DNA of 64,000 bases, from assembly GCA_963751345.1 (NCBI GenBank), contig CAVVUS010000023.1, forward strand, positions 64,001-128,000, in the 5' to 3' direction. The notes under the pieces were generated by a model. The model ran no database searches, was not told where the DNA came from, and worked only from the letters and a program-made list of their open reading frames with translations. This document shows, in pieces, positions 33,149 through 44,389 of the stretch; position 1 is the stretch's first letter; every line of letters begins with the position of its first letter. The stretch is from an uncultured Chloroflexia bacterium (lineage in GTDB: Bacteria; Chloroflexota; Anaerolineae; B4-G1; SLSP01). The position numbers and the translations under genes are program-made.

Positions 33149-33361
33149 CTACTCGGGTTTCTTCTCCGATTCGGTGGAGACCTCGCTGACCTCAGTGCCA
33201 GCGTCCTCCTCGTCCTCGTTGGTCGAGACACCTTCCTTGAAACCGCGAATCCCCTTGCCCAGCTCCGATCCAATCTTGCCAATCCGCCCAGGTCCGAAGA
33301 TCAAGATCGCTATCACCAAAATCAGGATCAGCTCAGGAACACCCAAATTGCGAAAGAGCAT
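33149..33361 (-). CDS. tatA: Twin-arginine translocase TatA/E subunit
   Basis: LGVPELILILVIAILIFGPGRI...ELGKGIRGFKEG. Confidence 0.92.
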   Translation of the reverse strand: MLFRNLGVPELILILVIAILIFGPGRIGKIGSELGKGIRGFKEGVSTNEDEEDAGTEVSEVSTESEKKPE

Positions 33362-33548
33362 TACGTCCTCCTAAGAAGCGCGGAATCCATCAAGTGCGCA
33401 GATGATACTGGGTAATACAGGAAAGGCAAGTCCAATAGCCAGATTGTCCCGCTAATGGTACAATCTCGCCGGACTCTGATCCCCTGGGCATCCAGGGAGA
33501 CACCAATACCATCGCTTGGAGGCGCTGCGCGTGCTAGAGATCACCCAT

Positions 33549-36500
33549 ATGCTGACCGAGGAATACCAGGACTTGCTGAAAGCCTGCGTCCACTGCGGGT
33601 TGTGCCTGCAGGCGTGCCCGACCTACGCGGTCTTCGGCACGGAGATGGACGCGTCGCGCGGGCGGATCGCGCTGATGCGCGCCGCGGTCAGCGGTAAGAT
33701 CACGCAGGAGGAGTTTCTGACGACCTTCGCGGAGCACATCACGCTCTGCCTGGAGTGTCGCGCGTGCGAGTCGGCGTGCCCCTCGGGCGTACAGTACGGC
33801 AAGCTGATCGAGGGCGCGCGGGTGGCGCTGGAGGCGCTGCGCGACCCGGGCCCCGCCGAGCGGTTCGTCAAGTGGCTGGGGATGTACCAACTGATGCCGC
33901 ACGTGGGACAGATGAAGCTGTTGGCCCGGCTGATGTGGCTCTACGAGACGTTGGGTGGGCAATGGCTGGTTCGCACGTTGAACGTGCTCCCCAAGCCGCT
34001 CAACGCGATGGAGGGGATCCTCCCGCCGATCACGGCGCGCTATCCCGATTACGATCATCCCGCGCCCGCCATCGGCGAGAAGCGAGGGACGGTGGCCTTC
34101 TTCTACGGATGCATCCAGGAGGCGTTTCTCTCGGGGATCAACGCGGCGACGGTGCGGGTGCTCCAGCGGAACGGCTACGAGGTGCACTTCCCCCAGGCCC
34201 AGACGTGTTGTGGTGCGGCCCAGTGGCATACGGGTGGGGAGGCGCTGGCCAAGGACCTGGCGCGGCAGAACATCGACGCCTTCGAGCCCTACGACGTTGT
34301 CGTGAACAACGCCGGAGGATGTGGGCTAACGCTCAAGGAGTACCCCGATCTGCTGGGTGACGATCCGGTCTATGCCGGGCGCGCAGAGGCCTTTGCCGCG
34401 AAAGTGCAGGACTTCAGCGAGTTTGTGCACGCCAACCTGCACACCCCGCCGGTGGGTGAGCTCCGCATCCGCGCCACCTACTCCGATTCGTGCCACCTGC
34501 GCCACGGCCAGGGCGTGATCGACCAGCCGCGGGAGCTCCTGAGGGCGATCCCGGCGCTCGATCTGGTGGAGTTGCGACAGCCCGATCGATGCTGCGGCAG
34601 CGCAGGGATCTACAACATCGTGCAGAGCGAGACGGCCAACGCAGTGTTGGATGCCAAGATGGCAGATATCGCCGGTACCGGTGCCGATATCGTGGTCACA
34701 AGCAATACCGGGTGCCATATGCAGTTGGTATCGGGGGTGCGCCGCGCGCGGCTCAACGCCAAGGTGATGCACATCGCCGAGGTGCTCGACCTTTCCTACG
34801 CAGTTGCCGAGAGGCGTGATGGAGAGGTCCAGGCCCGGCTCTCCGCCCCCGTCCGACATCCGAAGCCACTCTTCGGCGCGGCGAAGCTGCCCGAGCGATG
34901 GCTGGCCTGGCAGGCTCACCGCATGAACCGCCAGAAGATGACGCCGCTTGCCTCGCTGAAGGCCAAGCTGCAGCCCGGCCAGGTGGTCGACGATCCGGTC
35001 GAGCTCCTGACTTACTCGGTCGACGCAGGGCTCGATCACGGCATGCCCAGCGGCGTGGTCTTCCCGTACTCGACCGAGGATGTGGAGACCGTGATGCGCT
35101 GGGGCCGGGCCTACGACGTCCCCGTGGTCGCTCGCGGTGCGGGTACGAGCCTCTCGGGTGGTTCCGTGGCGCTGCGGGGCGGGCTGATCCTCCAGTTCTC
35201 GCATATGAAGGATCTCGTGGATTTGGACCTCGCTGGGCGGAGCGCGGTGGTGCAGCCGGGGATGGTGAACTTGGTCCTCGACGAGAGGGTTAAGGCCGAT
35301 GGGCTCTACTTTCCGCCCGATCCCGCGAGCGGCCGCACGGCCACGATTGGTGGGAACGTGGGCGAGAACGCCGGAGGCCCGCACTGTTTCAAATACGGTG
35401 TGACGAGCAACTACATCACGGGGCTGGAGGTCGTGCTGGCCGACGGGCGCCGCGTGGCCCTGGGTGGGAGAGCCCTGGACATCCCGGACCTCGACTGGGT
35501 GGGGCTCTTCACGGGGTCCGAGGGGACGCTGGGCGTGGTGACCGAGACCACGGTGAAGCTGGTGCGGAACCCGCCGGCGGTCAAGACGCTGCTCGCGGCG
35601 TTTGACTCGGTCGCCCAGGCGGGCGAGGCCGTGTCGGCTGTGATCGCGGCGGGGTTGGTGCCCGCGACGATGGAGATGATGGGACAGCGGATCATGCGCG
35701 CCGTGGAGGACTATACACACTCGGGCTTGCCCGTGCACGCGGGGGCCGCGCTGATCATCGATCTGGATGGCTATCCCGAGAGCGTCGATCCGCAGATCGC
35801 GGAGGTCGACGCAGTGCTGCAGGCACACGGCGCGTTGGAGACGCGCGTCGCGAAGTCTGAGGATGAGCGCACACAGATATGGTACGCCCGAAAGAGCGCT
35901 GCAGGGGCGATGGCCCGGTTGGCGGTGGACCATTATACCGTCGACGGCTCGGTGCCCCGCAGCAAGTTGGCCGAGGTACTGCGAGAGGTGATCCGGATCT
36001 GCGCCGACGTTGACCTGGAGGTGCTCTTTCTGCTGCACGCCGGGGACGGCAACCTCCATCCCATGGTCCTCGTCCCGGACCCAGAGGATCAGGCTTTCAT
36101 GGACCGGCTCCACGAGGGCGGGCGGCGGATGGCCCGGCTCTTTGTATCCTATGGGGGCACCATCACGGGCGAGCACGGCATTGGCATCGAGAAGCAGGAG
36201 TTCATGTCCCTGATGTATGGCGAGGATGAACTGGCCGCCATGCACGAGGTCAAGGAGATCTTCGACCCTGACGAGCTGCTCAACCCCGACAAGATCTTCC
36301 CCACGGGGCACGAGTATGAGGCGTCCAGACTGATCGTCGAGTCCAAGCCATATGCCGGGGAGGACGTCGCTTTCTCGCCGGTCAGCGCCGAAGAGGCTGC
36401 GGCCGTGATCCGCAGCCTGGCGGCTGCGGGGGAACGGGTTCGCGTGCGTGGGGCTGGGACCAAGTCTACACATTTGGGGAAGTCCCGCATCGAGCTCCGC

Positions 36501-37494
36501 ACCGACGGACTCGCAGGCATACACACGTATGCGCGCGACGATCTCTACGTGACGGCTGGGGCCGGGACAACGCTCCTGGAGATGCAGCGCGTGCTGGCTG
36601 CAGACGGCATGTGGGTGCCCATCGTCTCGCCGTGGCCCGAGTCCACCGTTGGCGGGATCGTGGCCAGCAACTTCAACGGTCCGCAGAGGATGCGTTACGG
36701 GGCGATTCGCGATCTCGTGCAGGCGTTGACCGTGGTGTTGCCCGATGGGCGTGTGCTGCGCCTGGGGCGACCGGTGATGAAGAACGTCGCGGGCTATGAC
36801 CTGGTGAAGCTGTTCATCGGCGCGTACGGCGCGCTGGGACTGATCACGGACGTGACGTTCAAGCTGAACGCTCGCCCCAGGCGCTCGCAAACGCTGGCCG
36901 TGCCGGTGAGCACGATGGCCGAGGGACTACGCTGGTCCGAGCGCTTGTCGCGCGATGCCCTGGTTGCGTCTTCCGTCCTGCTGGAGAGCGCAGAGGGAGA
37001 CGGTAGGCTCAGGCTGCTCTATACCGCGGAGGGCCTGGCGGAGGACGTGACCGCCGAGGTCGCGCACGTGCGTGCCGCGCTCGACGCGCTAGGCGCGCCG
37101 GCGCCGGCTTTGATGGAGCTTACCGGCAGCGAAGCGTGGGCGTCGTGGATGGCCATTGGCCTCAAGGAGGATGGCTTGCTCGTGCGCGTCGGCGTTCCTG
37201 CGCGGGATTTGGCGGCCGCCGTCGATGGGCTGGTGGGGGCCACGGATCCGGCCGCCGTCTTGGTCGATGCGCCAAACGGCCATGTCTACACACGCGGTAC
37301 CGTCGATCTGGCGACGTGCCCGGCGCGTGGCGGCATCGTTCGGGGGGTATGCCGTGGTCGTGGGAGCAGGCGCGGGTGTGAAGGTCGCGCGTGACGAGAT
37401 CTGGGGCTATACGTCCGATGTCGCGTATCTCATGCGCGCTATCAAGGAAAAGTGGGATCCCAGGGCGTGCTTTGATGGCGCTGGGTTCATCTAG
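33549..37494 (+). CDS. Single-chain GlcF-GlcD-GlcE-like 2-hydroxyacid (glycolate/lactate) dehydrogenase; one frameshift near 37315
   Basis: Two 4Fe-4S motifs (CVHCGLCLQACP, CLECRACESACP) and two CCG domains (GlcF); FAD-binding RGAGTSLSGG, PPDPAS, HAGDGNLH, ITGEHGIG (GlcD); a second FAD module GGIVA...RYG...VMKNVAGYDLVKL (GlcE). All in one ORF of over 1,250 codons. Confidence 0.85.
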
Positions 37495-37521
37495 TAACGC
37501 AATGAAAGAAGGAGCCAGGGC

Positions 37522-38628
37522 ATGACAGTAGAGATCACGCGTATTCCGGTAGAGGTATTGCGGCAGTTCATGGTCGACGTCTTCAAGGCGCAGGGGGTGT
37601 CCGATGAGGACGCAGACATTTGTGCCGAGGTCCTGATCACCTCCGACCTCCGTGGTATCGAGTCCCACGGTATCGGGCGACTCGGGTACTATTACGAACG
37701 CATCCAGGCGGGTATCCAGTTCCCGACGGCCCAGATGGAGATCGTCAAGGAGACCGAGACGACAGCGCTGATCGACGGGCATCACGGAATGGGACACCCA
37801 ACTGCCTACCGGTCGATGCAACTGGCGATCCGTAAGGCTCGGGCCTACGGCATCGGCGGCGTGGCGGTGCGCAATGCGACGCATTTCGGTATCGCGGGCT
37901 ATTATCCGCTGATGGCGGCCAAGGAGGGTATGGTGGGCATGGCGTTCACCAATGCTCGGCCCTCCATCGCACCCACGTTCAGCACGGAGCCGATGCTGGG
38001 CACGAACCCGATCGCCTTCGCTGCGCCCTCTGACCTCGGGTTCCCCTTCTGTTACGATGGGGCTACGTCGATCACGCAGCGAGGGAAGATCGAGGTAGCG
38101 GCCCGCGCGGAGAAGCCCGTGCCCGAAGGGTGGGTGATCGGTGCCGATGGAACCATGATGACGGATTCGGACGCCATCCTGGCGGCGCTACCCAAATTCC
38201 AGGCTGCGCTGTTACCCTTGGGAGGACAGACCGAGACGTTGGCAGGCTACAAGGGCTATGGGTTGGCCACGATCGTCGAGATCCTATCGGCGGGTCTCTC
38301 CGGTGGGCCCTTCATGAAGGATCTCCTAGGCTATAACGAGGATGGTACCAAGCGTCCACATATGCTGGGACACTTCTTCCTCGCCATCGATGTGGCCCAC
38401 TTCGTGCCGCTGTCGCTCTTCAAGTCCATCGTCGGCAACATGTCCCGGGCTCTTCAGGACGCGCGGAAGGCGCCTGGCGAGGCACGGATCTATGTTGCCG
38501 GGGAGAAGGAGCACGAGAAGGAAGCGGAGATTAGGGAGAAGGGTGTGCCCGTGAACGCGAATCTGCGCAGCACCATGCAGATGCTGCGAGACACACTGGG
38601 CGTGGCGGGATACGAGAGCTACTTCTAG
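37522..38628 (+). CDS. Ldh_2 family (type 2 malate/L-lactate/L-sulfolactate dehydrogenase-like) oxidoreductase
   Basis: SDLRGIESHG, NATHFGIAGYY, GTNPIAFAAP, GYKGYGL, IYVAGEKE. Confidence 0.88.
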   Translation: MTVEITRIPVEVLRQFMVDVFKAQGVSDEDADICAEVLITSDLRGIESHGIGRLGYYYERIQAGIQFPTAQMEIVKETETTALIDGHHGMGHPTAYRSMQLAIRKARAYGIGGVAVRNATHFGIAGYYPLMAAKEGMVGMAFTNARPSIAPTFSTEPMLGTNPIAFAAPSDLGFPFCYDGATSITQRGKIEVAARAEKPVPEGWVIGADGTMMTDSDAILAALPKFQAALLPLGGQTETLAGYKGYGLATIVEILSAGLSGGPFMKDLLGYNEDGTKRPHMLGHFFLAIDVAHFVPLSLFKSIVGNMSRALQDARKAPGEARIYVAGEKEHEKEAEIREKGVPVNANLRSTMQMLRDTLGVAGYESYF

Positions 38629-38633
38629 CAACG

Positions 38634-38707
38634 GAAGTAGGGAGTACGGAGTAGGGAATAGAACAACGCCCCTCGTCGTTCCAAAGCCTTGACTTCGTGC
38701 TCCCTAC
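38634..38707. repeat. Heptamer (GRAGTAN) inverted-repeat element, module B alone
   Basis: gaagtag-ggagtac-ggagtag-ggaatag ... acttcgtgctccctac. Confidence 0.7.
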
Positions 38708-38729
38708 CCAATTCTCCTGGAGGGACACA

Positions 38730-40215
38730 ATGGCATCCGACAACAACCCTGTATTCCTGGCGGTCGACCTTGGCGCCGAGAGTGGTCGCGTGGTCGCAGG
38801 GCACTTCGACGGTGCCCGGATCGGTCTGGAGGAAGTGCATCGCTTTCCCAACGGCCCCGTGATCGTTCGAGGTACCCTGCATTGGGACATCCTTCGCCTG
38901 TGGTCCGATATCAAGATCGGGCTGGCCAAGGCGGCGGATCGCTATGGCGACCGCGTCGCCGGCATCGGACTCGACACGTGGGGGGTGGATTTCGGACTGC
39001 TTGCGGCAGACGACAGCCTGCTGGGCAATCCCTATCACTATCGCGACAGCCGCACCGACGCGATTATGCCGATCACGTTCGAGAAGGTGTCCCGCGCTGA
39101 GATCTTTGAACGGACCGGCATCCAGTTTATGCAGTTCAACAGCCTTTTCCAGCTCGCGGCGATGGTGGAGGGCGGGTCGCCGATCCTCGACGTGGCGGAC
39201 ACTTTCCTGAATATCCCGGATCTGCTCAACTTCTGGCTGACCGGTCGCAAGGCGAGCGAGTTCACGATCGCCACGACGACACAGTGCTACGACCCCCGGA
39301 AGGGCGATTGGGCTTACGGGATGTTGGAGACGCTGGGTATCCCCACCGGCATCTTCGGCGAGATCGTGCCGCCGGGCACCGTGCTCGGGCCGTTGACCGC
39401 GTCACTCGCGGAGGAGACTGGGTTGGGCCCCGTGCCCGTCATCGCGCCTGCGACGCACGACACAGGCTCTGCGGTCGCCGCGGTGCCCATGGTCCCCGAG
39501 AACGCTATCTACCTGAGTTCGGGTACCTGGTCGCTGATGGGGGTCGAGTCAAAGACGCCGATCATCAACGACGATATGCTCGCCTGGAACCTCACCAACG
39601 AGGGTGGGGTGGGCGGCACCTTCCGCATTCTGAAGAACATCATGGGACTGTGGCTGGTCCAGGAGTGCCGGCGCGAGTGGCAGCGCGCGGGCGACGACCA
39701 CGACTACGGTGAGATGGTGCAGATGGCGGCAGACGCACCTGCGTTTGGGCCGATCGTCGCACCGGGGGACAACAGCTTCCTGGCACCCGGTGATATGTGC
39801 GTGCGCATCCGGGAGTTCTGCCGCCGCACCGGGCAGACTCCCCCGACGACAAAGGGCGCCGTCCTGCGATGTGCGCTGGAGAGCCTGGCGTTGGAGTATC
39901 GTTGGGTCGCCGAGCGGCTCGACGCGCTCATGGGCAAGCATTTGGAGACGATCCACATCATTGGCGGCGGAGCGCTCAACGAATTACTCGACCAGTTGGC
40001 GGCGAACGCGACCGGGCGTACGGTAGTGACCGGGCCGATCGAGGCCACCGCTCTGGGCAACGTGTTGGTGCAGGCGATGGCGCTGGGGGATATCGGGTCG
40101 ATTGCCGAGGGTCGCGAGATCGTCGAGAGCCTCCTTCGACCTCAAGACGTTCGTGCCGCAAGATACGGCGGCATGGGATGCCGTCTACGCGCGGTATCTG
40201 GAGCTGCGGGAGTAA
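38730..40215 (+). CDS. rhaB: Rhamnulokinase (frameshift near 40130)
   Basis: LAVDLGAESGRV, DTWGVDFGLL, YRDSRT, TGIQFMQFNSLFQL, HDTGSAV, SSGTWSLMG, TNEGG, LKNIMGLW. Confidence 0.88.
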
Positions 40216-40241
40216 GTGCGGGGCAGAGTCGGACCAACAAC

Positions 40242-40274
40242 AGATTGGTCCAGTCGGCCAGACTGGACCAATCT
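40242..40274. terminator. Perfect 14-bp hairpin between convergent genes
   Basis: agattggtccagtc-ggcca-gactggaccaatct. Confidence 0.7.
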
Positions 40275-40283
40275 TCTCATCCC

Positions 40284-40448
40284 CTATCGCCAGATTCTTC
40301 GTCCGAAGAGCAAGGAGAGTACCAGGAGGACCAGGAAGATGTAGAAGATGATCTTCGCAATCCCCACGGCGGCTCCCGCCAATCCTCCAAAGCCAAGTAT
40401 CGCAGCCACGACCGCGATCACCAGAAATGTGATTACCCATCCAAGCAT
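40284..40448 (-). CDS. DUF1328 (YtjA-like) small membrane protein
   Basis: [35 protein letters not shown]. Confidence 0.88.
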   Translation of the reverse strand: MLGWVITFLVIAVVAAILGFGGLAGAAVGIAKIIFYIFLVLLVLSLLFGRRIWR

Positions 40449-40476
40449 GTGTGGTCTCCTTTCGTAGAGAAACAGT

Positions 40477-41623
40477 TCAGCACGTGACCTCAACTTCCAT
40501 GTCGACGCCGATCTTTGTGAAGATCCTGTGCTTGATCTGCGCGTCGTATATCCGCCATTTCAGCTGTTGGTATCCTGAGTCCGTCCCGCCGGACAGGAAT
40601 CCCACGGGTATCTCGAACCCCCCTGCCGTGAGTTTTCCCCCACCGAAGTAGTGTCCCACCGCATCTCGGCCCAGTACGTCTTCGATGAATGTGTCCGGGT
40701 CGATGGTGATGCGCGCCGTGCGCATCGATCCGATGAGCTTCTCCTGTCCGTCGCCGTCCATCACGATGCCGTAGACGATGGCTGTGTGGACGTTCTCCTC
40801 GGACAGGAGGAAGTCAGCGGTCTGGGGAATCGCGTCGCGATCGCTGATGCGCAGATAGCCGATGCCAGCGATGGAGTAGCTTTCTGCAATGACACGCCCC
40901 TCCAGCGCCCGGTGGATGGTCTCCATCGTCTGTTTGGAGCGCGCCTGGTTCATGATCTGTTCCAGCAGCCCGGCGTCCTGATAGGCGCTCAGAAAGGCCG
41001 CCGCGCCGAAGTCCTCTTCCTTCGCGTAAACGAAGCTCTTGGTGTCCGTGAGGATGCCGTGCATCAACGACGTAGCCGCGATGACGTACTCTTTCTTGGA
41101 TTTGTCCAGAGGGAATGTCGAGATTCTGCAGGTAATGGACGTAAATCGTCGCCGTCGCGCCCGTCCTGCGGATGTCGCTGAACTCCGGCTTTAGGCGATC
41201 CTGGAGTTCATGGTGGTCGATGACGGCCAGCACGGGGATCTGAGTGGCCTCGATTGCCTGGGTGAGCGCCCGAGCCGTCGTCCCTTGATTGTCGACGAAG
41301 ATCGCGCCATCGTAGCCAGCCAGGTTCTGGGTGTTGTCGAACCGGATGAGATCGATACCCAGCAGCTTGACCAGCGCGATGTTCTGCTGGTGGCTGACTT
41401 CCCCAGCGTTGTAAATATCGACCCCGACGTCAAAGAGCGAGCTGATAAGCTGGTGGGTGTAGGCAGAGGAGATGGCGTCAGGATCCGGGAAATCCTGAAG
41501 CACGATCAGGTGATGCTCGCCTCGATGGGCCTCCAGCAGCTCTGTCAACATCGTAGCGGATGCTGGGCGCGCATCCTCTGTCGTATCCTGCGTCTCCGCC
41601 GGGACCTGTGGTAGCTGCTTCAT
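40477..41623 (-). CDS. DHH family phosphoesterase, NrnA-like (frameshift near 41110)
   Basis: [44 protein letters not shown]. Confidence 0.85.
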
Positions 41624-41760
41624 CCGGTTCACCTCGAGCTTCAGCGGCAAATATACCGTCATCACCCTCAAGGATAGCGCAAACGTGCCGGACACGATGA
41701 CGTGTTGCGTCGCTGAGGGGGTTGGGCCGGGTTAGCAGAGTTGGTAACGGGTTGGGCAGG

Positions 41761-41794
41761 AAGAGAGGGCCGGAGATTTCGCCGGCCCTCTCTT
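41761..41794 (-). terminator. Hairpin at the end of the minus-strand sugar operon
   Basis: aagagagggccgg-agatttcg-ccggccctctctt. Confidence 0.65.
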
Positions 41795-41889
41795 GGTGCG
41801 GAAGTCCACTCGGCTACTTGGCCACGGTCACGTGGAAAAGCCACCAGTCGAGGCAGTTGCCCTTGCCGGGGCACCTCACGCAAGTTGGT

Positions 41890-42231
41890 CTAGAACGTCA
41901 GTGTGGCCCAGCCAGCCTTGAGTATCTCCGTGAGCGGGGTACCCATATACTTGACGTCGATGCCCAGGGCGCTGAGTTGGTCACTCACGCCATACATGTC
42001 CGCGCAGGCTTTGCAGGCCTCGACGACGACGCCGTCGGCGATCATCGCACGGATGCGCTCCTGCAAAGCGGGCTGGCGGGTGAGCAGGTCAGCAGATGGC
42101 CCCCAGATGATCAGCGTGACGTTGGCAAACCAACCGCGCCGCTTGGCGTTGTGTGTGTACATGAAGCAGACTTTGTCAGCGACCTCGGGGTCGCCGCTGC
42201 TCCAGACGACTGCCAGATTCTCTGTATTCAT
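41890..42231 (-). CDS. DsrE-family protein
   Basis: LIIWGPS, VEACKACADMYGV, VKYMGTPLT. Confidence 0.75.
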   Translation of the reverse strand: MNTENLAVVWSSGDPEVADKVCFMYTHNAKRRGWFANVTLIIWGPSADLLTRQPALQERIRAMIADGVVVEACKACADMYGVSDQLSALGIDVKYMGTPLTEILKAGWATLTF

Positions 42232-42249
42232 CGTGATACCTCCCTATAG

Positions 42250-43040
42250 CTAGTGCATCTCCTGCCCGCCGGTGACGTTGATCGCCTGGCCCGTCATATA
42301 GCTCGGACTGATCGGAGGCTAGGAAGACCACAACGTTGGTGATGTCCTGGTAGGTGCAGCCCCGCTTCATCGGCACCTGGTCAATGTAGCGCTGACGGAC
42401 TTCCTCTTCGGTGATGCCCCACTTCTTGGCGTATTGCCCGTAAAGGGAATCGACCCACAGTGGGGAATCGAGCAGGTTGCCGGGGCAGATGGCATTGACG
42501 CGCACGTTGTCCTCGGCCAGTTCCAGAGCCAAGCTCTGGGTGAGGCCAATGCCGCCGAACTTGGAGGCGGCGTAGGCCGAGTTCTTGTAGCTGCCCTTCT
42601 TGCCGGACTTGGAGTTGATCTGGATGATGGCGCCACTGTGCCGGGGCTTCATGACGCGGGCGGCGTGTTTGGCGACGAGGAAGTAGCCGAAGAGGTTGAC
42701 GTTGATGACGAAGCGCCACCGTTCGGCGGGAAACTCGTCGATGGCCTCGGCGATGAGGACGCCGGCGTTGGAGACGCAGATGTCGAGTCGCCCGAAGGTT
42801 TCGCACGGCAGCATCCACCATCGCCGCGACCTCGGTCTCGTTCGTGACGTCGGCCTTGACGGCGACCATGCGCCGGCCCGTCTGCGCCTCAATGGCAGCA
42901 GCGGTCTCCCGCGCACCTTCCAGGTTGATGTCGGCGACGACCACATGCGCTCCCTCGTCCGCCAGGCGCCGGCAGATCGCCTCGCCCAGCCCCTGCGCTC
43001 CTCCGGTCACTATCGCAGTACGATCTTCTAGCACGTTCAT
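42250..43040 (-). CDS. srlD: Sorbitol-6-phosphate 2-dehydrogenase-like SDR (frameshifts near 42805 and 42300)
   Basis: TGGAQGLG, SNAG, INSKSGKKGS..NSAYAASKFGG, GNLLDSP, YIDQVPMKRGCTYQD resemble SrlD. Confidence 0.8.
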
Positions 43041-43061
43041 ATATTGACTCCCCGTGATGTA

Positions 43062-43192
43062 TGGAACGCGAATGCACGCGAATTGGGCGAACTTACACGA
43101 AAGCTATGTCGACCATGCAACGCTCTAGATCAGGTCCATCGTAGTATATGACTTTCGCGAAGATTCGTAGGATCCGGATGATTCGCGTTTCA
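43062..43192. repeat. Nonamer-period imperfect inverted-repeat element
   Basis: Left arm gaacgcgaat-gcacgcgaat-tgggcgaac-ttacacgaaag; right arm ctttcgcgaag-attcgtagg-atccggatg-attcgcgtttc. Confidence 0.6.
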
Positions 43193-44389
43193 TTTGGCTA
43201 ACTGAATGAGCCCCCGCTTGCCGTTGATGAGCCAGGTGGGGTCGGCGGCGGCGAGGGTCTCGGCCTGGCCTGGCGCAAGGCCGACGATGATCTCGCCCTT
43301 GAGCGTGCGCAGGATCAGGAAGGGCCGCGGGAAGTTGGCGGTGACGGCGTCCAGCCGCGTGTCCGGGGGCCAATGGCGGTCGTCCAGCAGCCGGCGGTAG
43401 TTCACGTCTCCCTTGAGGATGACCAGGTCGGCGCGGTCGAGCTCGGCGCGGACAGCGTCGGGGAGATCGTAGAAGCTCAGACACCGCGTCCAGAAACGAT
43501 CCTTGGCGAGCACCAGTGCTCCCGAACTCAAGGCCGCGTCCAGGCGGGCACCGAGGGCCGCCATGCCCGTGACTTCGCTCGCCGCCAGCCGGGCGATCAT
43601 ATGGCGGATGTCCTCCGGCATCGCGTCCGACACAAAGAACGGCTGGTTCTTGAGGTGGAAGGTGACCCGCCGAGCCAGCCTGCGGCCTAGCAGATGGTCT
43701 GTCAGCACCAGGTCGAAGAGGCTGTCGGCTCCGACGTTGTCGTTGATGAATGCGACCTCGCCGACGCCCTCGGTCAGCAGGCATTCCGCCGCGGCTGTGT
43801 CATCGATCAGGATGTTCTCGGCATCGGCGGCCGGGTCGCCGACTGAACGCTCGCGCACCGTCAGGTTGCTCAGGTCGGCGCGATTGCCCCAGAGGGCAGC
43901 GTGGAGTAGCGCGATGAGGCGTGACTCTGCGGGGGTGGCCTCGATCTGGCACCAGGCTTCGGCCACTTGCGTCACCGCGCTCGCTTCCTGCGCACGCTTC
44001 TGGCGGCCGAAGGGGTCGAGCCCCTGCCACCGGCCGGGCTGGAAATAGCGCGTGGCCTCCAGCAGCCGCCGGTAGAAGTAGGTCTCTGCGAAGTACCACG
44101 GCAGATCGAGCCACGTGCAGCCCTCGTAATGCGCCCAGTGGTGGTTCCAGAAGTCGGCATCGCCCTCGGATTCGTGCAGCGGTTCGATCTGCCGGCCAGG
44201 GCCGCCGTTCTGCGTGATCTCGGCACCGAACCGCTGCAGGTCGGCCACGATGTCGGGCGGATAGACGTTGTCGGCGATGACGCGGCGGATGATCTCGGGC
44301 TTGCGCAGCACGATCGTCTGGCGCGCGAAAGAGCCCGGCTCCGAGACCATCAGCGGCGGCGGGAGGATGGGCGTGGGCATCGGTGGCAT
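43190..44389 (-). CDS. ARMT1-like/DUF89 damage-control sugar-phosphate phosphatase
   Basis: PWYFAETYFYRR, DPF..QK, LWGNRADLS, DNVG, FFVSD, KGDVNYRRL, RTLK. Confidence 0.88.
   Translation of the reverse strand: MPPMPTPILPPPLMVSEPGSFARQTIVLRKPEIIRRVIADNVYPPDIVADLQRFGAEITQNGGPGRQIEPLHESEGDADFWNHHWAHYEGCTWLDLPWYFAETYFYRRLLEATRYFQPGRWQGLDPFGRQKRAQEASAVTQVAEAWCQIEATPAESRLIALLHAALWGNRADLSNLTVRERSVGDPAADAENILIDDTAAAECLLTEGVGEVAFINDNVGADSLFDLVLTDHLLGRRLARRVTFHLKNQPFFVSDAMPEDIRHMIARLAASEVTGMAALGARLDAALSSGALVLAKDRFWTRCLSFYDLPDAVRAELDRADLVILKGDVNYRRLLDDRHWPPDTRLDAVTANFPRPFLILRTLKGEIIVGLAPGQAETLAAADPTWLINGKRGLIQLAK

Noticed and set aside
34326-36890. 854-aa antisense ORF and similar long opposite-strand ORFs (48228-49487, 54068-54988, 20088-21017)
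   Set aside because: Shadows of high-GC coding genes, with no recognisable motifs.
41795-41889. Possible small RNA between dsrE and the terminator
   Set aside because: No recognisable conserved motif or convincing long-range pairing.
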